Assembly: GCA_963748625.1 (NCBI GenBank)
Contig: CAVVJT010000010.1
Span: 1,248,001 to 1,312,000, forward strand
Direction of reading: 5' to 3'
Origin: an uncultured Chloroflexia bacterium
GTDB taxonomy: Bacteria > Chloroflexota > Limnocylindria > Limnocylindrales > CSP1-4
DNA length: 64,000 nt
Shown here: positions 1-9,079 of the stretch, piece by piece
Layout of the letters: each line of letters opens with the position of its first letter
Numbering within the stretch: the first letter of the stretch is position 1
Notes under the pieces: model-generated
What the model saw: the letters and a program-made list of their open reading frames with translations, nothing else
Databases searched by the model: none
Told to the model about the DNA's origin: nothing
Position numbers and translations under genes: made by a program

Positions 1-439
1 CGGCGGCGATGACGAGCGCCAGCCGGGCGAACCCGCGATCCCCGTGGGCGGCCACGGAGAACAGCGAGATGCCCATCGCCACGTTCCAGGCGGCGAACGG
101 CTCGCCGGTGACCACCTGCGCCAGGCCGACGGCACAGATCGCCAGGTAGGACGCCTTCGGCCGGATCCGGCGCCATGCGAGCGCTGCCGCGCATGCGAGG
201 ACGAGGGCGATCGACCCGAGCGAGCCGAGCCCCACCCGCAGCTCCACGGAGACGGACAGGGGGCCGCCGCCCGCGAACAACGGCAGCGACAGCACAGCCG
301 GACCGAGCGCCAGGACCGTGGGGCCGATGAAGACGCCCGCGTAGACCGCCGCGATGGCGACGTCGGACGCGCCGGGGCGGCGCGCGGCCACCGTCCCGGC
401 GACAGGTTCCGGGCGAGCGACGCTGGCTGGCTGGGTCAC
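1..439 (-). CDS. Membrane protein, probably the N-terminal TM region of a sensor histidine kinase (runs off the window)
   Basis: Manual translation from GTG 439: MTQPASVARP...DVAIAAVYAGVFIG...LACAAALAWRRIRPKASYLAICAVGLAQ... Several hydrophobic helices; the LAWRR.RP motif is typical of actinobacterial-type HK N-termini. -10 TACACT lies 6 nt upstream. Confidence 0.55.
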   Translation of the reverse strand, partial: MTQPASVARPEPVAGTVAARRPGASDVAIAAVYAGVFIGPTVLALGPAVLSLPLFAGGGPLSVSVELRVGLGSLGSIALVLACAAALAWRRIRPKASYLAICAVGLAQVVTGEPFAAWNVAMGISLFSVAAHGDRGFARLALVIAA

Positions 440-586
440 GCGCGCAGTGTAGACAACCCGGCAGGCCCCCGGACATACCCGGCCTGCCGATCGTGCCAGC
501 GTGGGATCGGCGCGCGCCTGGCAACGAGGCGCGGCGACGCGTCGATTGAGGTTCGCCGCGATCGGTCGCGGGCGTACGCTGGGGGC

Positions 587-1237
587 ATGCCTCGCAAGCC
601 CCGGACTGCCGCCGTCGCACCCCCCGCCGATGCTGCCGCACGCGCTTGGCCGCGGCCCGCCAAGATCGCCTTCATCGGCTCCCACGGGATCCGCAAGACC
701 AGCGCCGTGCTGGCGTTCGCGGCCGAGGTGCAGCGGGCAGGCCGCTCGGTCGAGCTGGGGCGGGAGGTCGTGCGCGACAACCCGCTGGGCATCAACGAGG
801 GGGCCACCGGCGAGGCGCAGCTCTGGGTCCTCGTCTCGCAGATCCGCGAGGAGCTGCAGCTCGCGCGCAAGGCGGACGTGCTGGTGACGGACCGCGGCGT
901 CATGGACAATTACGCGTACTACCTTCGGTCGTGTGGCGGCGTGGACACCTTCGCTGCCGAGCCGCTTGTCCGGGAGTGGTCACGGACGTACGACCTGGTC
1001 GTCCGCCTCCTGCCGGACGTCGCGCTCCAGGCCGACGGTGTCCGGTCCACCAGCGACGCGTTCCGCGACGAGATCGAGGCAATCCTCGACCGCGTGCTCC
1101 CGGACCTCGTACCTTCCGAGCGCCTGATGACACTCCGGGCATCGGAGGTGACCAGCCGCTTCGACTTCTTCGGCGTGTTGGAACGGCTGGCAGGCTCGAT
1201 CGGTGCGACGGTGAGCCCACCCGACCTCTGGCGGTAG
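587..1237 (+). CDS. P-loop NTPase / nucleotide-kinase-like protein (AAA_28 / NadR-kinase-like)
   Basis: KIAFIGSHGIRKT P-loop and LVTDRGVMDNYAY motif, YDLVV. Start moved to ATG 587, behind -10 TACGCT. Confidence 0.75.
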   Translation: MPRKPRTAAVAPPADAAARAWPRPAKIAFIGSHGIRKTSAVLAFAAEVQRAGRSVELGREVVRDNPLGINEGATGEAQLWVLVSQIREELQLARKADVLVTDRGVMDNYAYYLRSCGGVDTFAAEPLVREWSRTYDLVVRLLPDVALQADGVRSTSDAFRDEIEAILDRVLPDLVPSERLMTLRASEVTSRFDFFGVLERLAGSIGATVSPPDLWR

Positions 1238-1259
1238 GGTCGCCCGGTCCGGCCGCTGC

Positions 1260-3026
1260 CTACCAGCCTTCGGGGGCCGGCTCCACGACCGCGGCGCGCA
1301 GCTCGACCGCCGTCACGTCGCCGGCGGCGGCGTCCACGTCCACCTTGAGTGTCGCGCCGCCGCCCCGCTCGGTGACGAGGTCCCAGGTCGTCGAGGTCAC
1401 GCCATCGCCCGCTCGCGGCATGCCGAGCCCGAGCCTCCCGAACCGGGGCGACGCGGCGCGCAGGGTCCGCCCGATCGCCTCGGGATCCAGCGCCGCAGCC
1501 CGGGGCAGGTCGGCTGGCCAGGCAGGCGCAGGCTCACTGGCGGCGGCAAGCAGCCGCTCAGCCGCCGAGACCAGCGCGGCCGATGGGTCTCCAACCGGGG
1601 TCACCCTGAGGGTCTGGATCCGCGGCTCGGGTTCGGGGGTGAGCAGGATCTCCAGCTGGACCCAGCCCCGCTCGCCGCGCAGCCACCAGCGCCGGTGGGC
1701 GGGCGAGGCCTCGACGACGGGCCGCGACGCATCGGTCCGGAATGGGCCAAGCTCGGACCTCACCTGCTCCACCGCCGCACGCCGGTCGGGGCGCGGCTCA
1801 TCCAGGTCCATGTTCATCGCGAACACGGCGTCGGCGAGCTCGTCGTCCCACGTGGCGACCAGACCCTCGGCAAGGGCTTGGAAGCGGCCGAGGGCCGGCC
1901 ACGGACGGGGCGTCCGCCGCCGCACCCCGCCATCCTGGACCAGGACCGGGAGCAGTTGGCCGGCCGGCCAGGAGAGACCCGCGTACCGGAGATTGCCCAA
2001 GGCGATCAGCCCGGTGCCGCTCGCCGGGTGCCAGGTCATCGCGGACCCGTAGCCCGGGTAGCCGCCGGAGTGGGTCACCACCGTCCCAATCGAGGGGTGC
2101 AGCATGATGAACAGCCCATAGCCGTAGCCACCGGCGAGCACGGACGGCGGCTCGTCGGGGACCTGGGCCTCGACCATGGCACCGGATGCGCGGTGCAGCT
2201 GCTGCATTTCGCGGCGCGAGGCGCGGCGAACAGGGTGGGCATCGTCGGGATCGTCGCGGGCAGGGAACGCGTCGAGCAGGCCGGCCACCCAGCGCGCCAG
2301 GTCGCGGACGGTCGAGTAGAGCCCGCCCATCGACGCGAAGGCCCCATACGGGTCCCTCCCCTCGCGGATCAGCGCGTCGCCGCGGCGGACGTAGCCGTGG
2401 GCCAGGCGTGCCGCCGGCACAGCATCCTCGTCGTAGGCGGAGGCGGCCATGCCGAGCGGGACCAGCAGACGCTCGCGCACCACCTCCCGGTACTCGACGG
2501 CTGCGACGTTCGTCACGACCCGACCCAGGATGGCGTACCCGAGGTTGCTGTAGTCGAACGTCGTGTCCGACGGCCAGGCGACCGAGGGACCGGCCTCGAG
2601 CAGTCGGGCGAAATCGGCGAGCGGCAGCCCCTGCTGGCGATCGCCCCACGGATCGTCCGTGGGCAGACCGGCCGACATCGTGAGCAGCTGACGGATGGTG
2701 ACCGGGCCGGCATCGGCCGTGGTCGGCCGCCAGGACCGCAGCTCGGGGACGTGCTCGGCGACCGGGTCGTCGAGGCGCAGGCGTCCCTCGTCGCGCAACA
2801 GCAGGATCGCCGCGGCGGTGAACGACTTGGTCATCGACGCGATCCGGAACACCGTGTCACCGTCAGGCAGGCGGTCCTCGCCATCGCGGGCGGTCCCGAG
2901 GCCGGCTGCGTGCACCAGCTCGCCGTCGCGGATCGCGCCCCAGGCGACGCCCGGAATGCCACGCTCGGCGGCGTATGCGGCGAAGCGCTGGTGGATGGAC
3001 GGCAGCAGGTCGTCGAATGCAGGCAT
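1260..3026 (-). CDS. Serine hydrolase, beta-lactamase class C family, with C-terminal extension
   Basis: FRIASMTK (SxxK), FDYSN (YxN), HSGG and LLTMSAGL motifs. Start at ATG 3026. Confidence 0.9.
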   Translation of the reverse strand: MPAFDDLLPSIHQRFAAYAAERGIPGVAWGAIRDGELVHAAGLGTARDGEDRLPDGDTVFRIASMTKSFTAAAILLLRDEGRLRLDDPVAEHVPELRSWRPTTADAGPVTIRQLLTMSAGLPTDDPWGDRQQGLPLADFARLLEAGPSVAWPSDTTFDYSNLGYAILGRVVTNVAAVEYREVVRERLLVPLGMAASAYDEDAVPAARLAHGYVRRGDALIREGRDPYGAFASMGGLYSTVRDLARWVAGLLDAFPARDDPDDAHPVRRASRREMQQLHRASGAMVEAQVPDEPPSVLAGGYGYGLFIMLHPSIGTVVTHSGGYPGYGSAMTWHPASGTGLIALGNLRYAGLSWPAGQLLPVLVQDGGVRRRTPRPWPALGRFQALAEGLVATWDDELADAVFAMNMDLDEPRPDRRAAVEQVRSELGPFRTDASRPVVEASPAHRRWWLRGERGWVQLEILLTPEPEPRIQTLRVTPVGDPSAALVSAAERLLAAASEPAPAWPADLPRAAALDPEAIGRTLRAASPRFGRLGLGMPRAGDGVTSTTWDLVTERGGGATLKVDVDAAAGDVTAVELRAAVVEPAPEGW

Positions 3027-3064
3027 CGGCAGATGATGCCGGGTCCGGATCGTGCGCGGCTGGC

Positions 3065-4177
3065 CTACTCCGCCGTGGCCGACCACTTGGTCGACGGGTC
3101 GAACGCGATCCTTCCAGACGCCTTCGTCCCACGAAGGGTGCCGGACCACTTCACCGTCGACGCTTTCGCCACCTCGTCCGAGCTGAAGCTCTTGGGCCGC
3201 GCTGCCCAGCAACCCGTTGTGTCGTCCGTCTCGGGGCGGAACACCGCCTTGCCCTTCAGAGCTCCCGTGCCCGGCGTGTACGTGCCCGTGGCGTCGCCCT
3301 GCAGGATCAGCCGCACCGTGCAGGTCTTGAACTCGGCGTAGTCCGGGTCGTCCTGCCCTCCGAACGCACCCGTCAGGAGCGCGCCGATCGGGAAGGCCGG
3401 AACCTCGATCACGAACGTGCCGATGACCTCCCTGGTGTCCAGGAACACGACCAGCTCCACGTCGTGGTTCCCGATGTCCAACCCGGCCTTCTCCATGGCG
3501 GCGATGTCGAGGGCGCCGCGCAGCGTGATCGACTGGGGTGCTGACGTGGCCGCAGGCGGCGGGGTCGTGGTCGCCGGGGAGGACGCCTCGGTGGACGCCT
3601 CGGGGGACGCCTCGGGGGACGCCTCGGGGGACGCCTCAGTCGGGCCGGCCGACGGCTCGGGCGGTACTGAGGCGGTCGGTGTCTCCGAGGACGTCGGGGT
3701 CGGCTGCGGTTGGACAGCTGTTCCGCCGCCGCCAGGCTGGTCGTTGCCCTGGAGCGCGAGGATCGCCGCGAGGAAGACAACGAGCCCGACGGTGAGCACG
3801 CCCGCCACGGCTCGCCCGTAGTGCCGCTTCACCTCAAGTGGTGCCCCGTGGGCTGGCTTCACGCCGGACGTCGGGTCATAGGCCACGTTGACCCCCTCGG
3901 CCCATGCACCGGGGTTGTCGCTGGCACCCGGGTCTGGCGGGGGTGGACCGGCCTGGTTGGGCAGCGGAGCAGCAACGTCGTCCAGGGTCGAGAGCACGAA
4001 GTAGGCCCGGGCGGCATCTGGCGAGGACGGCAGAAGGGCACCAGCAGCAGGCGGTGGCGAACCCGCAGCGGCAGGCGGCGCGTCCGCGCTCGGCACCCGT
4101 CCGTCGAGCACTTCGCTGGCCAGGCGCTCAACCTCGCGCCCGACGTCCTCCGTCCCGTCGGTCCCCCGGTCGGGCAT
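3065..4177 (-). CDS. Hypothetical single-pass membrane protein with Pro/Thr/Ser linker and extracellular beta-domain
   Basis: One TM helix (AVAGVLTVGLVVFLAAILAL), EASP repeats, two Cys in the C-terminal domain, GGAGG upstream of ATG 4177. Confidence 0.7.
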   Translation of the reverse strand: MPDRGTDGTEDVGREVERLASEVLDGRVPSADAPPAAAGSPPPAAGALLPSSPDAARAYFVLSTLDDVAAPLPNQAGPPPPDPGASDNPGAWAEGVNVAYDPTSGVKPAHGAPLEVKRHYGRAVAGVLTVGLVVFLAAILALQGNDQPGGGGTAVQPQPTPTSSETPTASVPPEPSAGPTEASPEASPEASPEASTEASSPATTTPPPAATSAPQSITLRGALDIAAMEKAGLDIGNHDVELVVFLDTREVIGTFVIEVPAFPIGALLTGAFGGQDDPDYAEFKTCTVRLILQGDATGTYTPGTGALKGKAVFRPETDDTTGCWAARPKSFSSDEVAKASTVKWSGTLRGTKASGRIAFDPSTKWSATAE

Positions 4178-4279
4178 GGTCGGCACCCTCCACGCGGGAC
4201 GCCGGGGCCAGTCTCCGTCACGAGCCCGGTTCGGCCAAGGGCCATTGGAACGTGGCGTGACCCTCTATGCTCCATCGAC

Positions 4280-5212
4280 ATGCCCCAGCCACGCGAGCTC
4301 CTGACCACCCCCTACCTGGACCCCGCCTTCGTGGCGCGGGTCGTGACGATGGCGGACCCGCTCGAGCGCAATGCCGCCATCACCCACGGCTACCATGACC
4401 TCTCCGAGGCCGTGGCGCAGCTCCTGGGGCGTGACCACGCCAACTGGCTGACCTTCGGCCAGTGGGCGAGCGGGGAGGCCCGGGAGTCGATCGATGGGTC
4501 GGCGGTGCCGGCCCTCGTCCGGCCGTTCTTCGGCAACGAGATCAGGGCGGCCGTCGGCGCGGGCAATGCCGCCATCTTCGGCGACGTGGCGCCCCCATTC
4601 ATCCGGTTCGTGACCGTGTTCGCCGACGTGGCGTCCGTCGATGTCCCGGGGCGGTCGTCGGCCGATGCTCGCGCCGAGCTCCTCGCCGATCCGCTGATCG
4701 CCGCCAACGAGGACCTCGTCCGGGCCTTCACGGCCTACGCGGATGCCTTCGACCTCCGGGCCTCCGGCGACCCCGATCCCGCTCGCCGCGCGGAGCGGAT
4801 GCTGGTGGCGAACGCGTCGATCGGGGCCCATGAGCAACTCGTCGCCGACCCGTACGTGCGCGCCGCGATCCCGGGGCGCTGGATCTCAGCGATCGTGGCC
4901 ACAAGCCACATGGGCCTCAAGGTGCCCGAAGGCATGCTGGAACTCCAGCGCGACGTGCCGCGGCCGGCCTATCTCGCGGGCGCCCAGTTCCCGCCCCACC
5001 TCGTGCAACTCGACGACCCGGAGGCCTGCGCGCTGGCGTCGCGGTTCGGCCAGGACCCGGACTCGGCCGAGGCCAGCGATGCCCTGGACTGGGAGTCCTA
5101 CGACGAGCGGATGGGCTTCATCTTCACGCTCCTGCGCGCCTACCAGGGTGACCCGGCGCTGTTCGCGCTGCCGCCCGGGACACCAGATCTGGCGGGGCCG
5201 GCCTCCGGCTGA
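4280..5212 (+). CDS. Conserved hypothetical protein (DUF2515-like)
   Basis: RNAAITHGY, ANWLTFGQWAS, IGAHEQ and DWESYDERMGFI motifs. -10 TATGCT upstream. Confidence 0.65.
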   Translation: MPQPRELLTTPYLDPAFVARVVTMADPLERNAAITHGYHDLSEAVAQLLGRDHANWLTFGQWASGEARESIDGSAVPALVRPFFGNEIRAAVGAGNAAIFGDVAPPFIRFVTVFADVASVDVPGRSSADARAELLADPLIAANEDLVRAFTAYADAFDLRASGDPDPARRAERMLVANASIGAHEQLVADPYVRAAIPGRWISAIVATSHMGLKVPEGMLELQRDVPRPAYLAGAQFPPHLVQLDDPEACALASRFGQDPDSAEASDALDWESYDERMGFIFTLLRAYQGDPALFALPPGTPDLAGPASG

Positions 5213-5227
5213 TGACCGGGAGGCCCG

Positions 5228-5815
5228 CTACCTCGCGATCCGCGGGATGACGAGCTTCGCCATGGCGATGGCTCCCGTCTTCGTCCCGTCCGGCCCCAGC
5301 CAGGACCCCGGCACGAGCCCGAGCACGCGGTTCCCGAGCTGGACCAGGAGCCGCCCGCCGAGCGGCTCCCAGCCTGCGGCGTCACCGAGGCCCTCGACCG
5401 GGTCGCCCGGCAGACCGCCGTTCAGGAACCGCGACGCCTGACCGTCGCTCCAGAGGTGCACCTCGGCGTGCAGCCACTCCGGGGTGTTGAGCTTGTAGTC
5501 CCACTGGCAGGTGACGTCCGTGTCCGGCATGGCGTCGTCCCAGCTCGTGAGGACCCAGCCGTCGACGGTGGAGATGCCCGCCAGCTCGTCCGTCGTCAGC
5601 ACCTGCTCGCAGGTGGGGTCCGTGCCGGCGGGTGCCGGGGCCGCTGCGGTGGATGCCGGCTCGGGGGTGGTCACGGCGGCCGCCGGCTGGGCCGTGGCCG
5701 CAACAGGAGCTGCCGAACCGCCGGCGGCGGCGAGGGCAGTCGCACCTCCGGAGGCGCCGCACGCGGCGACGAGGACGGCGAGGACTGCCGGGGTGAGGAC
5801 GGCGACGGGGCGCAT
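5228..5815 (-). CDS. Lipoprotein (DUF3558-like)
   Basis: Lipobox LVAAC, Cys pair (TCEQVLT...TCQW), VEGLGDAAGW; AAGGAG RBS. Confidence 0.75.
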   Translation of the reverse strand: MRPVAVLTPAVLAVLVAACGASGGATALAAAGGSAAPVAATAQPAAAVTTPEPASTAAAPAPAGTDPTCEQVLTTDELAGISTVDGWVLTSWDDAMPDTDVTCQWDYKLNTPEWLHAEVHLWSDGQASRFLNGGLPGDPVEGLGDAAGWEPLGGRLLVQLGNRVLGLVPGSWLGPDGTKTGAIAMAKLVIPRIAR

Positions 5816-5842
5816 GGCGGGCTCCTTGTGGGGTGCGGCGGG

Positions 5843-6448
5843 TCAGGGAAGGCGTGACAGGGCCGTCTGCATCAGCGGCACGAGCACGTCGAGGGCGGCT
5901 TCGGTGGACTTGGCGGCAGTTCTGAAGTCGTTGAACTCGAAGGCGACGAAGCGGTCGCCGGCCTGGGCCTCGAGCAGGAGGCCGCGCGAGGGGTCCAGCC
6001 ACCACCACGCCTCGTCGCCGACGCCGGGGACCGTGGCTGCCTCGGCGGCGCGGAAGGCGTCGGGGGCGCCCGAGACGGTGACGCCGACCTGTGGGCCGTT
6101 GCCGTCCTTCGAGGCGTGGAGGCAGCTGCGAATGTTGACGTCGGGCGTGCCACCGCTGAAGGGCGGGCGCAGGGTGACGCCGAGTGCGGCCTCTGCCTCC
6201 GCCTGGGTGATGAGAGCGCAGGCGTCGATGCCGGTGACGTCCGCGCCGCCCGGCGTGGGATCAGCGTTGCCGGCGCCGGGATCGTCCGATGGCACCTCGG
6301 CCGGAGCCGTCGTGACGACGGGCGATGCGGGAGCCTCGACGGGCTGGGCACTGTCGCCTGGCGCCGAGGCCGGCTGCGCGGGCGCGGCTGCGCCGCAGGC
6401 CGCCAGCAGGAGGGCGAGGAACGGGATGAGGGCAAGGGTGGGGCGCAT
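5843..6448 (-). CDS. Lipoprotein (DUF3558-like), paralog of the neighbouring gene
   Basis: Lipobox LLAAC, DACALIT.AE...ALG, SC, VPGVGDEAWW; AAGGAG RBS. Confidence 0.8.
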   Translation of the reverse strand: MRPTLALIPFLALLLAACGAAAPAQPASAPGDSAQPVEAPASPVVTTAPAEVPSDDPGAGNADPTPGGADVTGIDACALITQAEAEAALGVTLRPPFSGGTPDVNIRSCLHASKDGNGPQVGVTVSGAPDAFRAAEAATVPGVGDEAWWWLDPSRGLLLEAQAGDRFVAFEFNDFRTAAKSTEAALDVLVPLMQTALSRLP

Positions 6449-6459
6449 GACGGACTCCT

Positions 6460-7186
6460 TCACCGGCCCCACGTGAGGGGCTCGAGGAACCACACGAAGT
6501 CGTCGAGGGACGTCTTCTCCAGGTCCGGGCTTCCGGGCGGCGGCGTGATCTGCTTCGCGATGAGGCCGATGCCGTTACGGACGGTCGTCGCCTCGTAGAC
6601 GCGGAGTCCCTGGCAGGCGAATGTCATGACCCTCGCGGGCGAGCCGTCGATCTCGAAGTCACGCGTGTCGGTGGACTCCTCGGAGCAGCCGTGCTCGCGC
6701 ACGGCCTTGGTGTGGACGGCCGCCGCGTAGGCGTCGAGGTCAAGCCCGGTGGGCGAGGAGAGGATGAAGGCCAGGCGCTGCCCCGTGCGCGGGAACTGGT
6801 CGACCATCGGGCCGGTTCGAGCCGATGGCCGACGTGCCGTCCCAGGCGACCGTTGCGGGCGTGACGCCGGTGACCTGCGAGCCGCTGGGCAGGTCGATCG
6901 TGTAGCCGTACAGCGGCGACTCGAACACGCCGGGAACCGCGGCAGGCGTCGCGGCAGCGGGCGTGGCCGGCGCCTGCGTGACGGGTGTGGGCGCCTGCGT
7001 GACGGGTGTGGTCGGCCCGGTGGTGGCGGTGGGTGCGGCGGTGCTGACCACCGCCGTGACGGGCGCCTGCGTGACGGGCGCGGCCGCCGCGCCGGTACAG
7101 GCCGCAAGCGCGATCGCGATGGTGCCGAGCGTGACGCTTGTGAGCAGGCGTCGGCCCGGCGTGGACCGGTTTCGGGCATGGCGCAT
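6460..7186 (-). CDS. Lipoprotein with PsbP/DcrB-like domain; split by a 1-nt insertion near 6817 (sequencing error or pseudogene)
   Basis: The N-half (ORF 6740..7186, lipobox LAAC, APVTQ repeats) joins the C-half (ORF 6460..7251, GPMVDQFP...LTWGR) if one base of TCGAACCGG is removed. The joined domain aligns with the C-terminus of 7276..8121. Confidence 0.7.
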
Positions 7187-7275
7187 CCAGGGACCTCCGA
7201 TCTGGGATCGATGAGCAGGGACTGGGGTGTGTGCGGTGGGTCGTCCGTCAAGGGACGGTGACGGCGGGCCTCACC

Positions 7276-8121
7276 TCATGGCGTCCACCGGAACGCCCCC
7301 AGGTAGCCGAGCAGGCGGTCGATCTCGTCAGCGGCGACGAGCGCCTCGCCGGAGTCCGGCTTGGCCATCGAGATGATGAGGCCCTGCCCGTCGTGGACCG
7401 CGTAGACACGCACGTGGAGATCCGAGACCCCGCCGCTTGGGCACGTGAACGTGTGGAGGCGTGCGGGAACCCCGTCAAGCACGATGTCCCTCGTGACGTC
7501 AGGCTCCACCGGGCATCCGCGCCACCCTGACGTCTGGCGCCGCATGTCCGCCGCGAATGCCTCGAGCCCCAGGTCGGTGGTAGTCCCGAACGCCCAGACG
7601 AGCCGGTCCGCCGTCCCCGGCTCGCCCTTCAGCTGGATCCAGTCGGTGCAGGGTTCCTGGACGATGCACGCCCCCCGGCCGCTCCAGGCGATCGTCCCCG
7701 GGTCCGGCGCGCCGTACACCTCGTCCGCAGGGAACGGCCACGTGTACCCGTACAGCAGGGACACGAGCGTCGGACTGGCCACCGGGGTGGGCGAGGGCGA
7801 GGGGCTCGCGGTGGGTGCTGCCGTCGGGGACGGCGATGACGAGGCGACCGGGCCGGGCCCCCCGACCGATGGCCCGGTACGCCCGACACCAACCAGCCCG
7901 ACTCCGGCCACGGCGACCGCCACCACCGCGACGGCGCTGGTCGTCATCGCCCCGGCGCGGACCAGCCGGGGGAGCCGCGCCCAGCGGCTGCGCAGGCCGC
8001 GGTGCTGGGCAGTCCGGCGGACCTCCACCACGACGCCGGTCAGGACGTCGTCGCGCAAGGTCTCGGGTCCCTCGCTCATCCACGCCGTGAACAGGCGATC
8101 GGGATCGCGCGGGCTGGTCAT
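7276..8121 (-). CDS. Putative anti-sigma factor (short cytoplasmic N-terminus, TM, SP linker, extracytoplasmic domain)
   Basis: Overlaps the ECF sigma stop (ATGA coupling). N-terminal D.DRLFTAWMSEGP...RTAQ, a single TM helix, and a Cys pair in the outer domain. Confidence 0.7.
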   Translation of the reverse strand: MTSPRDPDRLFTAWMSEGPETLRDDVLTGVVVEVRRTAQHRGLRSRWARLPRLVRAGAMTTSAVAVVAVAVAGVGLVGVGRTGPSVGGPGPVASSSPSPTAAPTASPSPSPTPVASPTLVSLLYGYTWPFPADEVYGAPDPGTIAWSGRGACIVQEPCTDWIQLKGEPGTADRLVWAFGTTTDLGLEAFAADMRRQTSGWRGCPVEPDVTRDIVLDGVPARLHTFTCPSGGVSDLHVRVYAVHDGQGLIISMAKPDSGEALVAADEIDRLLGYLGAFRWTP

Positions 8122-8672
8122 GCGGATCGCTCCTTCGCGGCAGCACCGCGGGAATCGGCGTCGAGGGCGGCCCGCAGGGCCGTCGTCGCGTAGCGGAGCC
8201 GGGACTTGGCGGTCCCGAGGGGGATGTCGAGGCGTTCGGCGACCTCAGGAATGCTCAGCCCGAGGTAGTGGTGGAAGACGAGCACCGCCCGCTGCTCCGG
8301 TGGCAGGCGCCGGAAGCCGCGCTCCAGTTGGTCGCGGTCATCGACCGTCACCGTCGCATCCGGACCGGCCGGGCCACGCTCGAGGTCGACGACCTTGACG
8401 TCGACGAGCCAGCGCTTCGCCCGGCGGGCCTCCGCGTAGCAGGCATGGACCAGGAGGCGGTGCAGCCAGGCCTCGAAACGGTCCGGGTCCCGGAGGTTCG
8501 GGAGCTCGCGCCAGGCGTTGACCAACGCGACCTGCACCGCATCCTCCGCCCGGCTGGTGTCGCGCAGGATCCGGTACGCGATCGCCAGGCAGCGGTCGCC
8601 AACCAGCCCGGCGAGGGTCGTGAACGCCTCGTCGTCGCCGTTCCGCGCCTGCTCCACCAGGGACCGCACCAC
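8118..8672 (-). CDS. ECF RNA polymerase sigma-70 factor
   Basis: Region 2 (AEDAVQ...AWRELP.LRDPDRFEAWLHR) and region 4 (LPPEQRAVLV.HHY.GLS..EVAE.L.IPLGTAKSRL). Confidence 0.95.
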   Translation of the reverse strand: MVRSLVEQARNGDDEAFTTLAGLVGDRCLAIAYRILRDTSRAEDAVQVALVNAWRELPNLRDPDRFEAWLHRLLVHACYAEARRAKRWLVDVKVVDLERGPAGPDATVTVDDRDQLERGFRRLPPEQRAVLVFHHYLGLSIPEVAERLDIPLGTAKSRLRYATTALRAALDADSRGAAAKERSA

Positions 8673-8845
8673 CCGCGAGCGCCTCCGCTGACCGTTGGGG
8701 CCTCGTATCGGGGGCCCGTTGCCACCTATGAGTGTCCGATGGGCCCGCGCGGATCTATCTTCGTTACGGCGACCGCCATCCGCAGGTTCGCCGCCCGGAG
8801 TTGAGCGTTGGCGTTGGGGGTGTGACGCCGTGGTAGGGTCCGCGG

Positions 8846-9031
8846 ATGGATGCCCAACCGCTGCCGGAGCGCGGCACGACGGGGCCGACTCTCGGGCACG
8901 AGGTCCACTGCGTCACGGACGGCCCCGGTGTCCGCGATCACATCCTCACGGCCTCGGCGGGCTTCGGGTCGGCGGGAATGGGTCGACGCGGTGATGACCG
9001 AGGCACTGGCGGGCACCCTGAGGACGTCTGA
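8846..9031 (+). CDS. Small hypothetical protein (possibly frameshifted near 8975)
   Basis: -10 TAGGGT lies 6 nt before the ATG, the same leaderless geometry as many real genes here; the ORF fills an intergenic gap. Confidence 0.4.
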   Translation: MDAQPLPERGTTGPTLGHEVHCVTDGPGVRDHILTASAGFGSAGMGRRGDDRGTGGHPEDV

Positions 9032-9079
9032 GGCCGCGCGCCGACCCCGGAGGAGCAACCTGGCGAGTGGCGGCGGGCG

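Noticed and set aside
6810-6825. Programmed ribosomal frameshifting at the split genes
   Set aside because: No slippery heptamer; the same +1 homopolymer pattern recurs in unrelated genes, favouring sequencing error.
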